DNA of 64,000 nucleotides, from the NCBI GenBank assembly GCA_030425645.1, contig JAUHZK010000002.1:256487-320486 (forward strand), given 5' to 3'. Source of the stretch: Gammaproteobacteria bacterium. Its GTDB lineage: Bacteria; Pseudomonadota; Gammaproteobacteria; JAPPPA01. Positions 43,534 to 55,591 of this stretch are shown here, piece by piece. Each line of letters begins with the position of its first letter. Position 1 is the first letter of the stretch. The position numbers and the translations under genes were made by a program. Under the pieces are notes generated by a model. It did not search any database. It saw only the letters and a program-made list of their open reading frames with translations, and was not told the DNA's origin.

Positions 43534-44133
43534 TTAGCTATTAAATGGCATCGCCGCTTTAAGCGCATTCCAAGCGGCGCGCTTAGCGTCAACGTTACTC
43601 AACATATCGCTAAGCGACGGCAGCTCCAGCGCTTTCGCGGCTAAGCCCGGCGGCGCCTGTAGACCGAAACACCAGAGGTGTTTCACCGAAGCCGGCGGTA
43701 AATGGGTCGGCATGGCCCACAGCAAGTAACACTGTGATTTGTCTACTTCAACCGCCGCCAATACTTTATCCAAAAGCGCTTCCGCCTCAGGCCGTTGGGC
43801 ATCAGCAATATTGGGCAGCACCAACCAAAACGCTACTTCTGTCGCAGCTGTTATTGCCTGATCATTAACCTCTAGTGGAGTGCCGGCGCGTAGGCTCTGA
43901 GCGATCTGTTGCGCTGGAGACAAAGCCGATGACTCAGTCGCCGTACTTGGAGGAGCTTGGGTCGCCCCTAGCGCCGCTTTATCACTTGGAGATGCTGCAG
44001 GGCCCGCCGACGTAGCTGCCGACGAGCCTATTTGGTCTTCTGCAGGCGCATCAGCTAAGTCTTCACTGCCCCTAGGCAACCACACCGGGATGCCCATTTG
44101 CTGTAAATACCAATGACGTGTTTGCGCGTCCAC
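43534..44133 (-). CDS. holD: DNA polymerase III psi subunit with an extended low-complexity linker.
   Basis: The N-terminus MDAQTRHWYLQQMGIPVW matches the E. coli HolD N-terminus (RRDWQLQQLGITQW), and the holD-rimI adjacency is conserved. Confidence 0.6.
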   Translation of the reverse strand: MDAQTRHWYLQQMGIPVWLPRGSEDLADAPAEDQIGSSAATSAGPAASPSDKAALGATQAPPSTATESSALSPAQQIAQSLRAGTPLEVNDQAITAATEVAFWLVLPNIADAQRPEAEALLDKVLAAVEVDKSQCYLLWAMPTHLPPASVKHLWCFGLQAPPGLAAKALELPSLSDMLSNVDAKRAAWNALKAAMPFNS

Positions 44134-44148
44134 TCAGCTACCGGCGTG

Positions 44149-45696
44149 TTAGACGTCGCCGCGCTGCGGGTGCTCGCGCGGCATACTCGCCTCAAGCTTA
44201 TTCAGGGCGCTGATATAAGCTTTCGCTGACGCAATAATGACGTCAGTATCAGCACCATGCCCATTAACCACACGATCATCTTTGCTCAGGCGAACCGTGG
44301 TTTCACCTTGCGAGTCAGTACCATCGGTGACGTTATTCACGGAATAAAGCAACAGACTCGCGCCGCTATTAGCCACGGTCTCAACTGCTTTAAAAATCGC
44401 ATCAACCGGGCCTGAACCAGCCGCCGTCGCCTGTTGCTCAACGCCGTCTACAATCACAGTAATCTCAGCTTGCGGAGTTTCGCCGGTCTCGCTGATCACC
44501 TTAGAGCTGACATAACGGTATTTGTCGGCAACGGCAGCGGCTTCGGTTTCACTGACCAAGGCCTGTAAGTCATCATCAAATACTTCGTGTTTCTTATCAG
44601 CCAAGTCTTTGAAGCGCGTGAAGATGTCGTTTAATGCTTCCTGACTTTCTACTGTGACGCCAAGATCTTCTAACCGCGCTTTAACTGCCGCCCGGCCTGA
44701 GTGTTTGCCCAATACGATCTTATTGTCGCTCCAACCCACATCTTGAGCGCGCATAATTTCGTAGGTCTCACGGTTCTTGATAACCCCATCTTGGTGAATA
44801 CCAGACTCATGAGCAAAAGCATTGGCGCCGACGATGGCCTTGTTTGGTTGAATGGGGAAACCCGTCACCGAAGACACCAAACGCGAAGTCGGCACAATCT
44901 GTGTCGCATCAATATTGGTATCGAGGTTAAAGACATCTCGACGAGTCCGTAAGGCCATCACCACCTCCTCCAAAGAGGCATTACCGGCACGCTCACCTAA
45001 GCCATTAATGGTGCATTCAACTTGGCGAGCACCGTTCATCACAGCGTCTAGTGAGTTCGCTACCGCTAAGCCTAGATCGTTGTGGCAGTGCACAGAGAAG
45101 ATAGCTTTGTCGGCGTTCGGAACACGTTCAATCAATTGCTTGATCAAGGCGCCAAACTGCCACGGCACGTTATAACCCACGGTATCAGGGATATTAATGG
45201 TGCCAGCACCGGCATCAATCACCGCTTCAATTAGGCGGCATAGAAAGTCCGGCTCCGAACGGCCTGCATCTTCCGGCGAAAACTCAACATTGTCGGTAAA
45301 ACCGCGTGCCAATTTAACCGCTGCAACCGCCTGCTCTACCACTTCATCAGGAGTCAGACCTAACTTCTTCTCCATATGAATGGGCGAGCTCGCGATAAAG
45401 GTATGAATACGGCGTTGCGGTGCTGGCGCTAGGGCTGCCGCTGCGCGTTCAATATCAGCCTGCTTAGCACGCGCCAAACCACAAACCGTCGACTCTTTAA
45501 TCACTTCGGCAATAGCTTTTACCGAATCAAAGTCACCGGGGCTGGCAATCGGAAAACCGGCCTCGATAACGTCTACCTTCATACGCTCCAAAGATTTAGC
45601 AATACGTAGCTTTTCTTCTTTGGTCATCGAGGCGCCAGGGCTCTGTTCGCCATCACGCAAGGTAGTATCAAAAATTATGACGCGATCGGTCATCAT
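44149..45696 (-). CDS. leuA: 2-isopropylmalate synthase.
   Basis: [15 protein letters not shown], a HMGL-like TIM barrel, and the LeuA C-terminal regulatory domain. Confidence 0.95.
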   Translation of the reverse strand: MMTDRVIIFDTTLRDGEQSPGASMTKEEKLRIAKSLERMKVDVIEAGFPIASPGDFDSVKAIAEVIKESTVCGLARAKQADIERAAAALAPAPQRRIHTFIASSPIHMEKKLGLTPDEVVEQAVAAVKLARGFTDNVEFSPEDAGRSEPDFLCRLIEAVIDAGAGTINIPDTVGYNVPWQFGALIKQLIERVPNADKAIFSVHCHNDLGLAVANSLDAVMNGARQVECTINGLGERAGNASLEEVVMALRTRRDVFNLDTNIDATQIVPTSRLVSSVTGFPIQPNKAIVGANAFAHESGIHQDGVIKNRETYEIMRAQDVGWSDNKIVLGKHSGRAAVKARLEDLGVTVESQEALNDIFTRFKDLADKKHEVFDDDLQALVSETEAAAVADKYRYVSSKVISETGETPQAEITVIVDGVEQQATAAGSGPVDAIFKAVETVANSGASLLLYSVNNVTDGTDSQGETTVRLSKDDRVVNGHGADTDVIIASAKAYISALNKLEASMPREHPQRGDV

Positions 45697-45980
45697 TTAC
45701 TCCAGTCAAAATTCTTTACATTAATGCTTGGCTACGCGTATCGAGGACGCGCTAACCAGAAAGTGGGCTTGATGTCGCCAAAACGCTGCCCAGCGTTTGG
45801 CCGTCTCTGTTTTCACCGCCCTAAGGCAGTCGGCAGAGTGTGACTGAAACAGGCAAGAGCCCCGCCAAGCAGAATGCTGCGGTGCTGAGAAAACTGTTAT
45901 GTTTAACGTTTTTGATTGCCATAGTTCGACTATAAATTGCCCACTGCCGAAGTCAACCACTGGGACAAAAAATCTTTTCC

Positions 45981-46796
45981 TTAGTCGTCGCTTACTGTGT
46001 TTACAGGCACACCCTTTACCCGCCGCATCACCGCGCCAACAGGACCAGACACAGCGAAGATCATTGCGGCACCAAAGAGCACGTTTGCCGGGCTCGCTGC
46101 GATCAGTGCGAATATGCCAAGTAGAAACAGTAGATAGCGAAACGGCACACGGCCTTCCAAGCTTAGGTCTTTAAAGCTGCGAAAACGCACGTTAGAAACC
46201 ATAAAGAAGCCTGCTGCAAACGTCACTACAATGGCCACGTAATTGAGGCTCTCACCCGTTAAGCCGTTATGCGTGGCGCACCAAATCATGCCCATGACCA
46301 TGGCAGCGGCCGACGGACTCGGCAAACCTAAGAAATAACGTTTTTCTTCCTTCTCGGTACCGGCCATGGTGTTGAAACGGGCCAAGCGCAAGGCCGCGGC
46401 AGCGCAGTAGAAAAATGCCGTTAACCAGCCAATTTCGGCCCACACCCATAGCTTAGGATCAAAGCTATTCAAGGCCCACATATACATCACCACCGCCGGG
46501 CAAACGCCGAAGACCATCATGTCTGACAAGGAGTCATATTCCTTACCGAAATCAGACTGTGTATTGGTCATGCGGGCAACGCGGCCATCAAGACCATCAA
46601 AGATCATGGCGATAAAAATGGCGATGGCGGAACGCTCATATTCGCCGTTCATGGCCGACACGATTGAGTAAAAACCAGAAAATAGCGAAGCGGTAGTAAA
46701 CAGGTTAGGCAGCAAATAAATGCCCCGTCGCCGACGTGGTCGCTGCATATCGGCCATATTGTCGTCGTTGTCTACCGGATCTGTAGTGTTAGTCAT
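45981..46796 (-). CDS. pssA: CDP-diacylglycerol--serine O-phosphatidyltransferase (CDP-alcohol phosphatidyltransferase type).
   Basis: The CDP-OH transferase motif DGxxAR...G...D is present (DGLDGRVARMTNTQSDFGKEYDSLSD). Confidence 0.85.
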   Translation of the reverse strand: MTNTTDPVDNDDNMADMQRPRRRRGIYLLPNLFTTASLFSGFYSIVSAMNGEYERSAIAIFIAMIFDGLDGRVARMTNTQSDFGKEYDSLSDMMVFGVCPAVVMYMWALNSFDPKLWVWAEIGWLTAFFYCAAAALRLARFNTMAGTEKEEKRYFLGLPSPSAAAMVMGMIWCATHNGLTGESLNYVAIVVTFAAGFFMVSNVRFRSFKDLSLEGRVPFRYLLFLLGIFALIAASPANVLFGAAMIFAVSGPVGAVMRRVKGVPVNTVSDD

Positions 46797-46880
46797 GGAT
46801 ACTCGGGCAATGCTGCCAACGCTATTTAAATTAGCGCCATTATAGTAGTTTTAAAAACTAAGCAGCTGTTTTAGATAGCA

Positions 46881-46910
46881 AAAAGCCCCGCAAGCGGGGC
46901 TTTTTAGCAG
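46881..46910 (-). terminator. Rho-independent, sequence-symmetric terminator downstream of skp.
   Basis: AAAAAGCCCCGC-aag-CGGGGCTTTTT. Confidence 0.7.
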
Positions 46911-46927
46911 CTCAAACCAATAAATCG

Positions 46928-47452
46928 CTACTTAGACGACTTAAAGTCCTTTTCTAGCTGCTTAAGTAAGGCATCAGTGATATCCACTTGATCACTCGCG
47001 TAAATCACGCCCTCACCCACAATTAAGTCAAAGCCTTCTTTCTCAGCTTTCTCAACAATGGTCTTAAAGACGCCGCTTTGCAAAGCTACAAATAGCTCCT
47101 TCTCACGACGGCTAAATGACTCTTGAAAGTCTTCAGATCGACGGCGTAGGTCTTTGGTGTCAGAGATAATATCGCGCTCTAGCTCGGCACGTTCGCTAGC
47201 ACCCATAACCGGGCCATCACGCTGCAGCTTCTCTTGCTTAGCAATAATGTCTTCTTGCAGCGCTTCAAGCTCACGCTTGCTGCCACCAAATTCTTTTTCC
47301 AGCTTTTTACGGGCCTGCTCTGCCTGTGGCGCCTGACCAAACAAACGGGTCACGTTGACCGCACCAATTTTGGTGTCAGCAACAGCCTGAGCTGGAGCGA
47401 AAAGACTAGCGGCTAGTAAAGCGCCAGTAGCCAAACGAAATGCAATACGCAT
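46928..47452 (-). CDS. skp: Periplasmic chaperone Skp (OmpH).
   Basis: Signal peptide followed by a coiled-coil-rich region of about 150 aa. It lies downstream of bamA. Confidence 0.85.
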   Translation of the reverse strand: MRIAFRLATGALLAASLFAPAQAVADTKIGAVNVTRLFGQAPQAEQARKKLEKEFGGSKRELEALQEDIIAKQEKLQRDGPVMGASERAELERDIISDTKDLRRRSEDFQESFSRREKELFVALQSGVFKTIVEKAEKEGFDLIVGEGVIYASDQVDITDALLKQLEKDFKSSK

Positions 47453-47481
47453 GAGTCGTCCTCAAAAAATAATAATTAATG

Positions 47482-49821
47482 TTAGAAATTTACGCCGAAG
47501 GTGAACTGGAAACGATCCAATTCATCGCCGGCTTGATCATTTACCGGGAAGGCGTAGCTAAACTTCATCAAGCCTAAAATTGGTGTTAACCAATAAAAGC
47601 CTAAACCATATGAGCCACGCAACTCGTCAACGTCAAAGTCGCTGGTCGAGTTAAAGACGTTGCCGTAGTCAAAGAAGGTCACTAAACGGGTTGAACGGTT
47701 GTTGTTCTTAAAGCCCGTCGGAATGGCCAATTCAAAACGGCCCACGGTACGGAGCAAGCCACCAAAGGCATTGCCGTTAGAGTCACGCGGCCCCAAAGAA
47801 GAAGCACGGTAACCACGGATAGATTCAGGCCCACCGGCAAAATAACGCTCATACGGTGGCAGGAAGCGGGTGTCGCCATAAACATCCGAATAACCGATAT
47901 CTACACGCGCATGGAAGGAGCTGATCTTGCCGATCTCAAAGTTTGAACGGAAATCGTAACCTAGGCGGTAATATTCCAAATCACCCAACGGGGTAGAAAG
48001 TGTTGCATTTATTCGGTGTTGGAAACCACGGGTAGCAAAGAAGGCACGGTTACGCGTGTCTTTACTCCAGCCCGCTGTGACGGTGTAGGTTCTAAACAAG
48101 GTACCGTGCGCCAAGGTGAAGGCGTTAACCTCATCAGAGGTAGTACCAAAGGTCTTCAGCGCTGTCTCTCTAAAACCACCGCCCAAACTCCAAGAGTTTG
48201 TTTCACTCAGAGGGAAGCGATAACTCACCGCGCCGCCCCACACATCAGTGGTGAAATTAGAGGCAATAGTGGTCGACAACGCGTCACTGCGACGGAAGAA
48301 ACCTGACAAGGTGCGGCCGATTCCATCATCGGTATGGTAAGGGTTGGTATAACTCAGGTTAATCACCTCAGATGTCTCTGAGCTACTGACCGAAGTCGAG
48401 ATGCTAGAACCAGTCCCGCGGAAATTACTATGCGACACCGAACCGTTAATTAGGAAACCCTGTGAACCAGAGAAACCAACGCCCAATTGCACAGAGCCTG
48501 GAGCACGCTCAGTTACCGTCACCCGTAGATCAACTTGGTCTTTAGTGCCTGGCACCGGCACAGTATCCAAGTTCATATCTTCAACATAAGGTAAACGCGA
48601 AATACGCGCTTGCGAACGCTTGATACGGGCCTGCGAGAACCAATCGCCTTCTAGCAAACGCATTTCACGGCGCAGGGTCTCATCATTCGTTTTGTTGTTA
48701 CCAACAATATCAATGCGGCGAACATAAACCCGTTTACCGGCGTCAAATACGTAATTCAGATCAACCACGTTCTCACCCTCACCTTGGCGAGGCTGCGGTT
48801 CCACATCAGCAAAGGCGTAACCACCATTGGCGAGCGCGTCGGTCATAAACTGCGCCGAGCTGCGAGCCCGCTGACGTGAATAGCTATCGCCTTTTTTCAT
48901 CAGCAATAAGCTACGCATTTTTTCTTCACCGATGACGGTGTCGCCTTCGAAGGTGATGTTGCCAATCACATGAGGCTCACCTTCGCTGATATTCACGGTG
49001 ACGTAAATATCGCGGCGGTCAGGAGACATTGACACCTCAACGCCTTCGATGCCAAAACGCACATAACCGCGGTCTTGGTAAAACGCCGCCAAAGTCTCTA
49101 AGTCACCCAATAACTTTTGTTGTGAGTACTGATCTTTAGACGACATAGCCGTGCGCCAGCTCTGCTCGCGCAAGGTGAACTGCTCCAACAGTAAATCATC
49201 GTCATAAACGGTATTACCGACGATATTGATACGTTTGATATTGGTGACACGACCCTCGTCCACATCAATAGTGACGTTGACTCGGTTGCCGGGCAGCTCT
49301 TCTACCGTGGCTTCCATCTCCACGCCATAACGGCCATTAGAGAAGTATTGATTGCGAATTTCTTGCTGAACCTGATCCAAAATTGACTGGCGGAAAATGC
49401 GGCCCTCGGCCAAGCCAATGCCCTCAAGGTTCTTCTTTAATTCATCGCCACCTAGTTTTTTGGCGCCATCGATTTCCAATTTAGCAATCGTTGGCCGCTC
49501 TTCCACCTTAACAATCACCAGATTGCCGTCTCGGAACAGCTCAATATCCTTGAAAAACTCAGTGCCATATAAGGCCCGCACGGCGCGCTGAACCGCAGCT
49601 TCATCAATCTCTTCACCAACCGAAATTGGCAAATAGTTGAGAACGGTACTATCGGTAATACGTTGTAGCCCTTCAACCTGAATATCGTCGACTACAAACG
49701 CAGTGAATGACTGACCAGCAAACGGGAACAGGCATAACACAGCCCCAAGCGCACCATGGCGTAGGGGTTTAGCTAACAACGCTAAATGCTTGGAGCAGCG
49801 AGCCCAAGAAACCAATTTCAT
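47482..49821 (-). CDS. bamA: Outer membrane protein assembly factor BamA.
   Basis: POTRA repeats plus a C-terminal beta-barrel, colinear with E. coli BamA. The signal peptide may start at an internal TTG. Confidence 0.95.
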   Translation of the reverse strand: MKLVSWARCSKHLALLAKPLRHGALGAVLCLFPFAGQSFTAFVVDDIQVEGLQRITDSTVLNYLPISVGEEIDEAAVQRAVRALYGTEFFKDIELFRDGNLVIVKVEERPTIAKLEIDGAKKLGGDELKKNLEGIGLAEGRIFRQSILDQVQQEIRNQYFSNGRYGVEMEATVEELPGNRVNVTIDVDEGRVTNIKRINIVGNTVYDDDLLLEQFTLREQSWRTAMSSKDQYSQQKLLGDLETLAAFYQDRGYVRFGIEGVEVSMSPDRRDIYVTVNISEGEPHVIGNITFEGDTVIGEEKMRSLLLMKKGDSYSRQRARSSAQFMTDALANGGYAFADVEPQPRQGEGENVVDLNYVFDAGKRVYVRRIDIVGNNKTNDETLRREMRLLEGDWFSQARIKRSQARISRLPYVEDMNLDTVPVPGTKDQVDLRVTVTERAPGSVQLGVGFSGSQGFLINGSVSHSNFRGTGSSISTSVSSSETSEVINLSYTNPYHTDDGIGRTLSGFFRRSDALSTTIASNFTTDVWGGAVSYRFPLSETNSWSLGGGFRETALKTFGTTSDEVNAFTLAHGTLFRTYTVTAGWSKDTRNRAFFATRGFQHRINATLSTPLGDLEYYRLGYDFRSNFEIGKISSFHARVDIGYSDVYGDTRFLPPYERYFAGGPESIRGYRASSLGPRDSNGNAFGGLLRTVGRFELAIPTGFKNNNRSTRLVTFFDYGNVFNSTSDFDVDELRGSYGLGFYWLTPILGLMKFSYAFPVNDQAGDELDRFQFTFGVNF

Positions 49822-49823
49822 AG

Positions 49824-51182
49824 TTAAAGCAATCTTGTAAAGTCGTTATAAAAGGCAACGCCCATTAGCAGCAGCAACAACGCGAGGCCAATACGTTGAC
49901 CAGCGGCCTGCACTTCTAAAGAAACAGGGCTACCTTTAATGATTTCGACGAAATAATACAGAAGATGTCCGCCATCCAGAACCGGTACCGGCAATAGATT
50001 TAGCACACCTAAACTAATACTTATAAGCGCAAGATACCCTAGATAGGCCGTAATACCTAAAGCTAATGTTGCGCCGGCTCCAGCCGCAATTTGTACCGGT
50101 CCGCCAATATTCTCAATTGAGGCACCGCCGGTCAGCATTTTGCCAAACATCCCCAGTGTTAGCCAAGACAACGAACCGGTTCTCTCAACCGCCAGGCCAG
50201 CCGCTTCTAGTGGCCCGTACTGCAGGGTTAATTGGCGTGCTTGTAGCTCGGCACGCAGCTCGTCCGAGATCATCGGCCCAATACCAGCAAAGCCTTGAGT
50301 AACCGTCGCGCCGTCTACTTTGACATCGCGCCTCTGCGGCACCAATACAATCTGTAACGGTTCGCCATTGCGTAATATTTCAAGCTGCAGCAACTTGCCA
50401 CCACTGCCTTGGATTTTTGTCACCAGTGCAGACCAGTTAGCAACCGACTCACCCTCCAGCCGGACAATTTCGTCACCTACGGCTAGGCCAGCCGTTTCAG
50501 CAGCACTGGCCGGCACAATCTGCCCAACCTGCGCGGGTAGTTCAGGCCGCCAAGCCTGTAACCCAGCGGCTTGATCAACCAACTCTGGTGTTCCCTGTAG
50601 CGGAATTTGCACGCTTAAATTTTGCTCTTCACGGGCAACCGTTAAGGTGGCAGCGTCATTGGTTAAGGCATGTTCAATCAAGCCTAGGCGTAGCGCTTCC
50701 CAGCTCTCAATTTTGTCGCCGTTTAGCCCCGTTACCACGTCGCCTGCCTGTAAGCCTGCTGCCGCAGCTGGGGTATTAGGACGCACCTCACCCAATTCAG
50801 GCTTAGTGGCCGTAACGCCCAAAATAAATACCAACCACCAAGCAAAAATAGCGAACAAAAAGTTAGCCAATGGGCCTGCGGCTACTACGGCAATCCGTTT
50901 CCATACTGATTGCGTATTAAAGGCCAGATGCCGTTCTTCTGCTGGCACTTCGCCTTCGCGCTCATCCAGCATTTTGACGTAGCCGCCCAGCGGAATAGCA
51001 GCCACCTGGTACTCAACGCCATCACGTCCAATTTTGGTCCACAGCGGTTTGCCAAAACCCACAGAAAAGCGCAGCACTTTAATGCCACACCAGCGAGCCA
51101 CTTGAAAATGTCCGTACTCATGCACAGCCACTAACAAACCAATGGCCAATACGAAACCCAACAGTGAAAGCAAAACTGACAT
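49824..51182 (-). CDS. rseP: Sigma-E regulated intramembrane zinc metalloprotease RseP.
   Basis: HEYGH zinc motif, PDZ domains, and an LDG motif near the C-terminus. Confidence 0.9.
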   Translation of the reverse strand: MSVLLSLLGFVLAIGLLVAVHEYGHFQVARWCGIKVLRFSVGFGKPLWTKIGRDGVEYQVAAIPLGGYVKMLDEREGEVPAEERHLAFNTQSVWKRIAVVAAGPLANFLFAIFAWWLVFILGVTATKPELGEVRPNTPAAAAGLQAGDVVTGLNGDKIESWEALRLGLIEHALTNDAATLTVAREEQNLSVQIPLQGTPELVDQAAGLQAWRPELPAQVGQIVPASAAETAGLAVGDEIVRLEGESVANWSALVTKIQGSGGKLLQLEILRNGEPLQIVLVPQRRDVKVDGATVTQGFAGIGPMISDELRAELQARQLTLQYGPLEAAGLAVERTGSLSWLTLGMFGKMLTGGASIENIGGPVQIAAGAGATLALGITAYLGYLALISISLGVLNLLPVPVLDGGHLLYYFVEIIKGSPVSLEVQAAGQRIGLALLLLLMGVAFYNDFTRLL

Positions 51183-51200
51183 CAGACTCTAATAATCCAT

Positions 51201-52382
51201 TTAAGCGGCCAACTGCCGCGCTAAGGCACGAGCTTCTTCATCTACCGCCATTAATGCGGCCAAGCTGTCGTGCGCCTCACTGCCCCAAGCTTTGGCATTC
51301 AAAACCTGCTCAACAAGTTCGGCAATATTGGTAAATCCGACTTGCTCATTCAAAAACAGTTCAACCGCAATTTCATTTGCCGCATTTAACGCGGCTGGCG
51401 CTGCACCACCCAACGCTGAAGCCTCACGCGCCAAACGCAAACAAGGGAAACGTTGCTCGTCAGGCGGGAAAAATTCCAAAGCACCGGCTGTGGTTAAATC
51501 AAACAAACCAACGCCGGAATCAATCCGCTCCGGCCATGCCAAGGCATGTGCGATAGGCGTACGCATATCCGGATGCCCTAGCTCAGCCAGTACTGAGCCG
51601 TCGATATACTCCACCAAGGAATGCACAATACTTTTTGGATGCACCACGACGTCGACTTGAGTGTGTGCGCAGTCAAATAACCAGCAGGCCTCAATCACCT
51701 CGAGACCTTTATTCATCATTGTCGCTGAGTCGACCGAGATTTTGGCCCCCATCGACCAGTTTGGGTGCGCGACCGCCTGTGCGGGTGTTGCTTGCTGCAT
51801 TTCTTCCAGTGACCATTCTCGGAACGGACCACCGGAGGCCGTCAGCAAAATGCGTTTAACCGACTGCTTGGCAGCACCACCCTGCGGCCAGCACTGAAAC
51901 ACCGCATTGTGTTCGCTATCAATCGGTAGCAAGGTCGCGCCAGACGCGGCCACGGTATCCATCAACAGCTGACCGGCAACCACTAGGGACTCTTTATTAG
52001 CCAACAACAGCACCTTGCCAGCTTCAGCCGCCGCCAATGCTGATGGAAGACCCGCCGCGCCAACAATGGCCGCCATTACGGTATCCACCGCATCCAATCG
52101 CACAATATCAACCAGCGCCTCGGCACCAGCCAATACTTCTGTCTTCAGCCCTAGTTGTTTTACTTCCGTAGCTAATCGTTGCGCGGCGTCGCGATCTGCT
52201 AGCGCTGCATACTGGGGTTGAAACTGCTGAATTTGCTTTAGCAGGCCGGCCACATCAGCGTTGGCCGTTAATGCCACCACCCGAAATCGCTCCGGATTAC
52301 GAGCCACCACATCCAAGGTGCTACAACCAATACTACCGGTAGCCCCTAGCACGGCTAAGGAGCGAGGAAGCTGATGACTCAT
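51201..52382 (-). CDS. dxr: 1-deoxy-D-xylulose 5-phosphate reductoisomerase.
   Basis: N-terminal GATGSIG NADPH motif, in dxr family layout. Confidence 0.95.
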   Translation of the reverse strand: MSHQLPRSLAVLGATGSIGCSTLDVVARNPERFRVVALTANADVAGLLKQIQQFQPQYAALADRDAAQRLATEVKQLGLKTEVLAGAEALVDIVRLDAVDTVMAAIVGAAGLPSALAAAEAGKVLLLANKESLVVAGQLLMDTVAASGATLLPIDSEHNAVFQCWPQGGAAKQSVKRILLTASGGPFREWSLEEMQQATPAQAVAHPNWSMGAKISVDSATMMNKGLEVIEACWLFDCAHTQVDVVVHPKSIVHSLVEYIDGSVLAELGHPDMRTPIAHALAWPERIDSGVGLFDLTTAGALEFFPPDEQRFPCLRLAREASALGGAAPAALNAANEIAVELFLNEQVGFTNIAELVEQVLNAKAWGSEAHDSLAALMAVDEEARALARQLAA

Positions 52383-52386
52383 AGAG

Positions 52387-53202
52387 TTAGGCCAGGCCTA
52401 AAAGCAACATGCCCAACCACCACAGCGGTGCCGCTGCCATGGTTGAATCTAGGCGATCGAGAATACCGCCGTGGCCGGGGAATATTTGGCCACTGTCTTT
52501 AATTTTAACGGCACGCTTAAACATGCTCTGCGTCAGGTCACCGATAATCGACATCGCTACAACTGCCATCGCCAGCATGACAAAGGCTGGCCAGGCCGCG
52601 CCTAGCTCAAACCAATAAGCGCCAAAGGCGGCAACAATGCCTGAGAACAACACGCCACCGGCAACGCCTTCCCAGGTTTTGCCCGGGCTAACTTTAGGGG
52701 CCAATTTGGTTTTACCAAATAGACGGCCACCCACGTAACCACCGACGTCAGAACCCCAGACCAAAAAGAATAGAAACAAGATACGCTCAGGCCCGTTGGC
52801 ACTGGCGTGAATATCCACCAATACCAAAGCAGAAGGCACCAATACAAACACACCAACCCAAGGGGTGCGCCCGCGCCAACCCGCGGTAATTGGTTCAAAA
52901 CCCTCTGGATAGCGTAATACCCAGCGCACTGCCAATAGCCACCAAGCGGCGGTTAACAGCAATACAGGCATCCGCAATAGCTCAGCCCAATGAGCAACGG
53001 CAACACAGCCAAATAGAATGAGGAACACATATGCAGTTTTCGCTTGGCGGCTTTCTTTTTGCATGAAAGCGGTCCACTCCCAAGCGCCTAACGCCCAAAC
53101 CGCAGCCACTAGGTAGCCTAGCCACTCTGTCGGCATCAGCAAAATAGCGGCTATGACCGGCGGTAATAGCACCAATATTGTGAGTAGTCGTTGCCAAAAC
53201 AT
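52387..53202 (-). CDS. cdsA: Phosphatidate cytidylyltransferase.
   Basis: C-terminal CTP-transferase signature (SxFKRxxxxKDxGxxxPGHGGxxDRxD). Confidence 0.85.
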   Translation of the reverse strand: MFWQRLLTILVLLPPVIAAILLMPTEWLGYLVAAVWALGAWEWTAFMQKESRQAKTAYVFLILFGCVAVAHWAELLRMPVLLLTAAWWLLAVRWVLRYPEGFEPITAGWRGRTPWVGVFVLVPSALVLVDIHASANGPERILFLFFLVWGSDVGGYVGGRLFGKTKLAPKVSPGKTWEGVAGGVLFSGIVAAFGAYWFELGAAWPAFVMLAMAVVAMSIIGDLTQSMFKRAVKIKDSGQIFPGHGGILDRLDSTMAAAPLWWLGMLLLGLA

Positions 53203-53263
53203 GAGCGTATTTGTCTCCTAAAGGATTTTTATCCGGCTACCGCATTGTACCTAAGTTTTACGG

Positions 53264-54007
53264 TTACGCAGGCCCAGTTGCATCGTTAGACACCTGCTCG
53301 CCAGTTTGGCCAAAGCGTCGCTGGCGATGGGTAAACCACTCCAAAGCTTGGGCCATTTCGTGGCGATCAAAGTCAGGCCAAAGGGTATCGGTGAAATAAA
53401 GCTCGGCGTAGGCCAAGTCCCACAGCAGAAAATTACTGATGCGGCGCTCACCACCGGTGCGGATAAGCAGGTCAGGGTCAGGCACCTCGGCGCCGTACAG
53501 TCCGGCGGAAATATCAGATTCTTGGATATCAGAGGCCGCCAAATCACCCGTAGCAACTCGCTCGGCTAGGCGCTTCACAGACTGCGTGATGTCAGCCCTA
53601 CCGCCATAATTCAGCGCCAATTGTAGGCATAAGCGACGGCCATGCTGGGTAGCCTGTTCAGCCTCACGCATTTGTTGCTGTAACGACGCTGAAAAACGCG
53701 ACAGATCACCCACAAAACGGATGCGGATGTCATTCTTAGCCAAGGTATCGACTTCTTCCGACAGCGCTGACGCGAACAAGCGCATCAAGCCGCTGACTTC
53801 GTCTTCTGGGCGCGCCCAGTTCTCGGTGCTGAATGCGAATAGCGTCAGCACATCAATGTCCGCATGGCGGGCTGCGAATTCAACCGCTTCACGGGCAGCC
53901 TTGCGCCCTGCCCGATGCCCCGCCAAACGCGGCATCAAGCGTTTTTTAGCCCAACGGCCATTGCCATCCATAATGATGGCGATGTGTTTCGGAGGAGTCA
54001 GCATCAA
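53264..54007 (-). CDS. uppS: Ditrans,polycis-undecaprenyl-diphosphate synthase.
   Basis: HIAIIMDGNGRWAKKR. Confidence 0.9.
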   Translation of the reverse strand: MMLTPPKHIAIIMDGNGRWAKKRLMPRLAGHRAGRKAAREAVEFAARHADIDVLTLFAFSTENWARPEDEVSGLMRLFASALSEEVDTLAKNDIRIRFVGDLSRFSASLQQQMREAEQATQHGRRLCLQLALNYGGRADITQSVKRLAERVATGDLAASDIQESDISAGLYGAEVPDPDLLIRTGGERRISNFLLWDLAYAELYFTDTLWPDFDRHEMAQALEWFTHRQRRFGQTGEQVSNDATGPA

Positions 54008-54026
54008 TTTAGGACCGTGTCGGCGC

Positions 54027-54584
54027 CTAAATTTCCATCAACTCTTTTTCTTTAGCCGCTAGTACAGCATCCATTTCAGCGATAAAGCGATCGGTGATTT
54101 TTTGCACATCATCTTCAGCTTTACGGCCATCGTCTTCGCTAATTTCTTTTTCTTTAACCAGCTCTTTGATATCACCAATAGCGTCACGGCGAATGTTGCG
54201 CGCAGCCACGCGGCCGTTTTCAGTTTCTTGGCGAACAATGCGCACAAACTCTTTGCGGCGTTCTTCGGTCAAGGCAGGCATCGGAATACGAATGACGTCA
54301 CCGGCGCTCATTGGGTTTAGGCCCAAATCAGAAATCATGATGGCCTTTTCAACGGCCTGCACCATGGTTTTTTCCCAAGGGGTTACCATCAAGGTACGAG
54401 AGTCTTCCACGGCCACGTTGGCAACCTGGGTAATTGGCGTTTCGCTACCGTAGTAGTCAACTTTAATGTGCTCAATCAAGCTTGGGTGTGCACGGCCAGT
54501 ACGAATTTTCGACAGCTCGGTCTTTAGTGACTGAACACTTTTACCCATACGTGTTTCAGCGTCTTGTTTGATGTCGTTAATCAT
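54027..54584 (-). CDS. frr: Ribosome recycling factor.
   Basis: [13 protein letters not shown]... The product is about 185 aa and belongs to the RRF family. Confidence 0.9.
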   Translation of the reverse strand: MINDIKQDAETRMGKSVQSLKTELSKIRTGRAHPSLIEHIKVDYYGSETPITQVANVAVEDSRTLMVTPWEKTMVQAVEKAIMISDLGLNPMSAGDVIRIPMPALTEERRKEFVRIVRQETENGRVAARNIRRDAIGDIKELVKEKEISEDDGRKAEDDVQKITDRFIAEMDAVLAAKEKELMEI

Positions 54585-54591
54585 TTTCGTA

Positions 54592-55446
<855 letters not shown>

Positions 55447-55591
55447 TTAGCGACTAGCCAAACTCTCGGGGTTTGTCAGAAGCGACTTGGCAAGGCGGGC
55501 GCGTATTTTACAAGCGGAGTGTAGTCAGTCCTACATGAGCATTGGAAAATGCGTGCCCAACGCCGCCAAGGCGTTTCTGACGAAGCCCTAT

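Noticed and set aside
45697-45980. A possible leucine leader peptide or attenuator upstream of leuA.
   Set aside because: I translated the region on the leuA strand. There is no short ORF with consecutive Leu codons and no terminator/antiterminator pair. The 79-aa ORF there (45721-45960) has no Leu run.
55470-55580. GCAAGGCG / CCAAGGCGTTT strings in the tsf 3' region that resemble the MITE terminal repeat.
   Set aside because: They are only 8-10 nt partial matches, with no partner inverted copy and no flanking duplication. This is within chance expectation.
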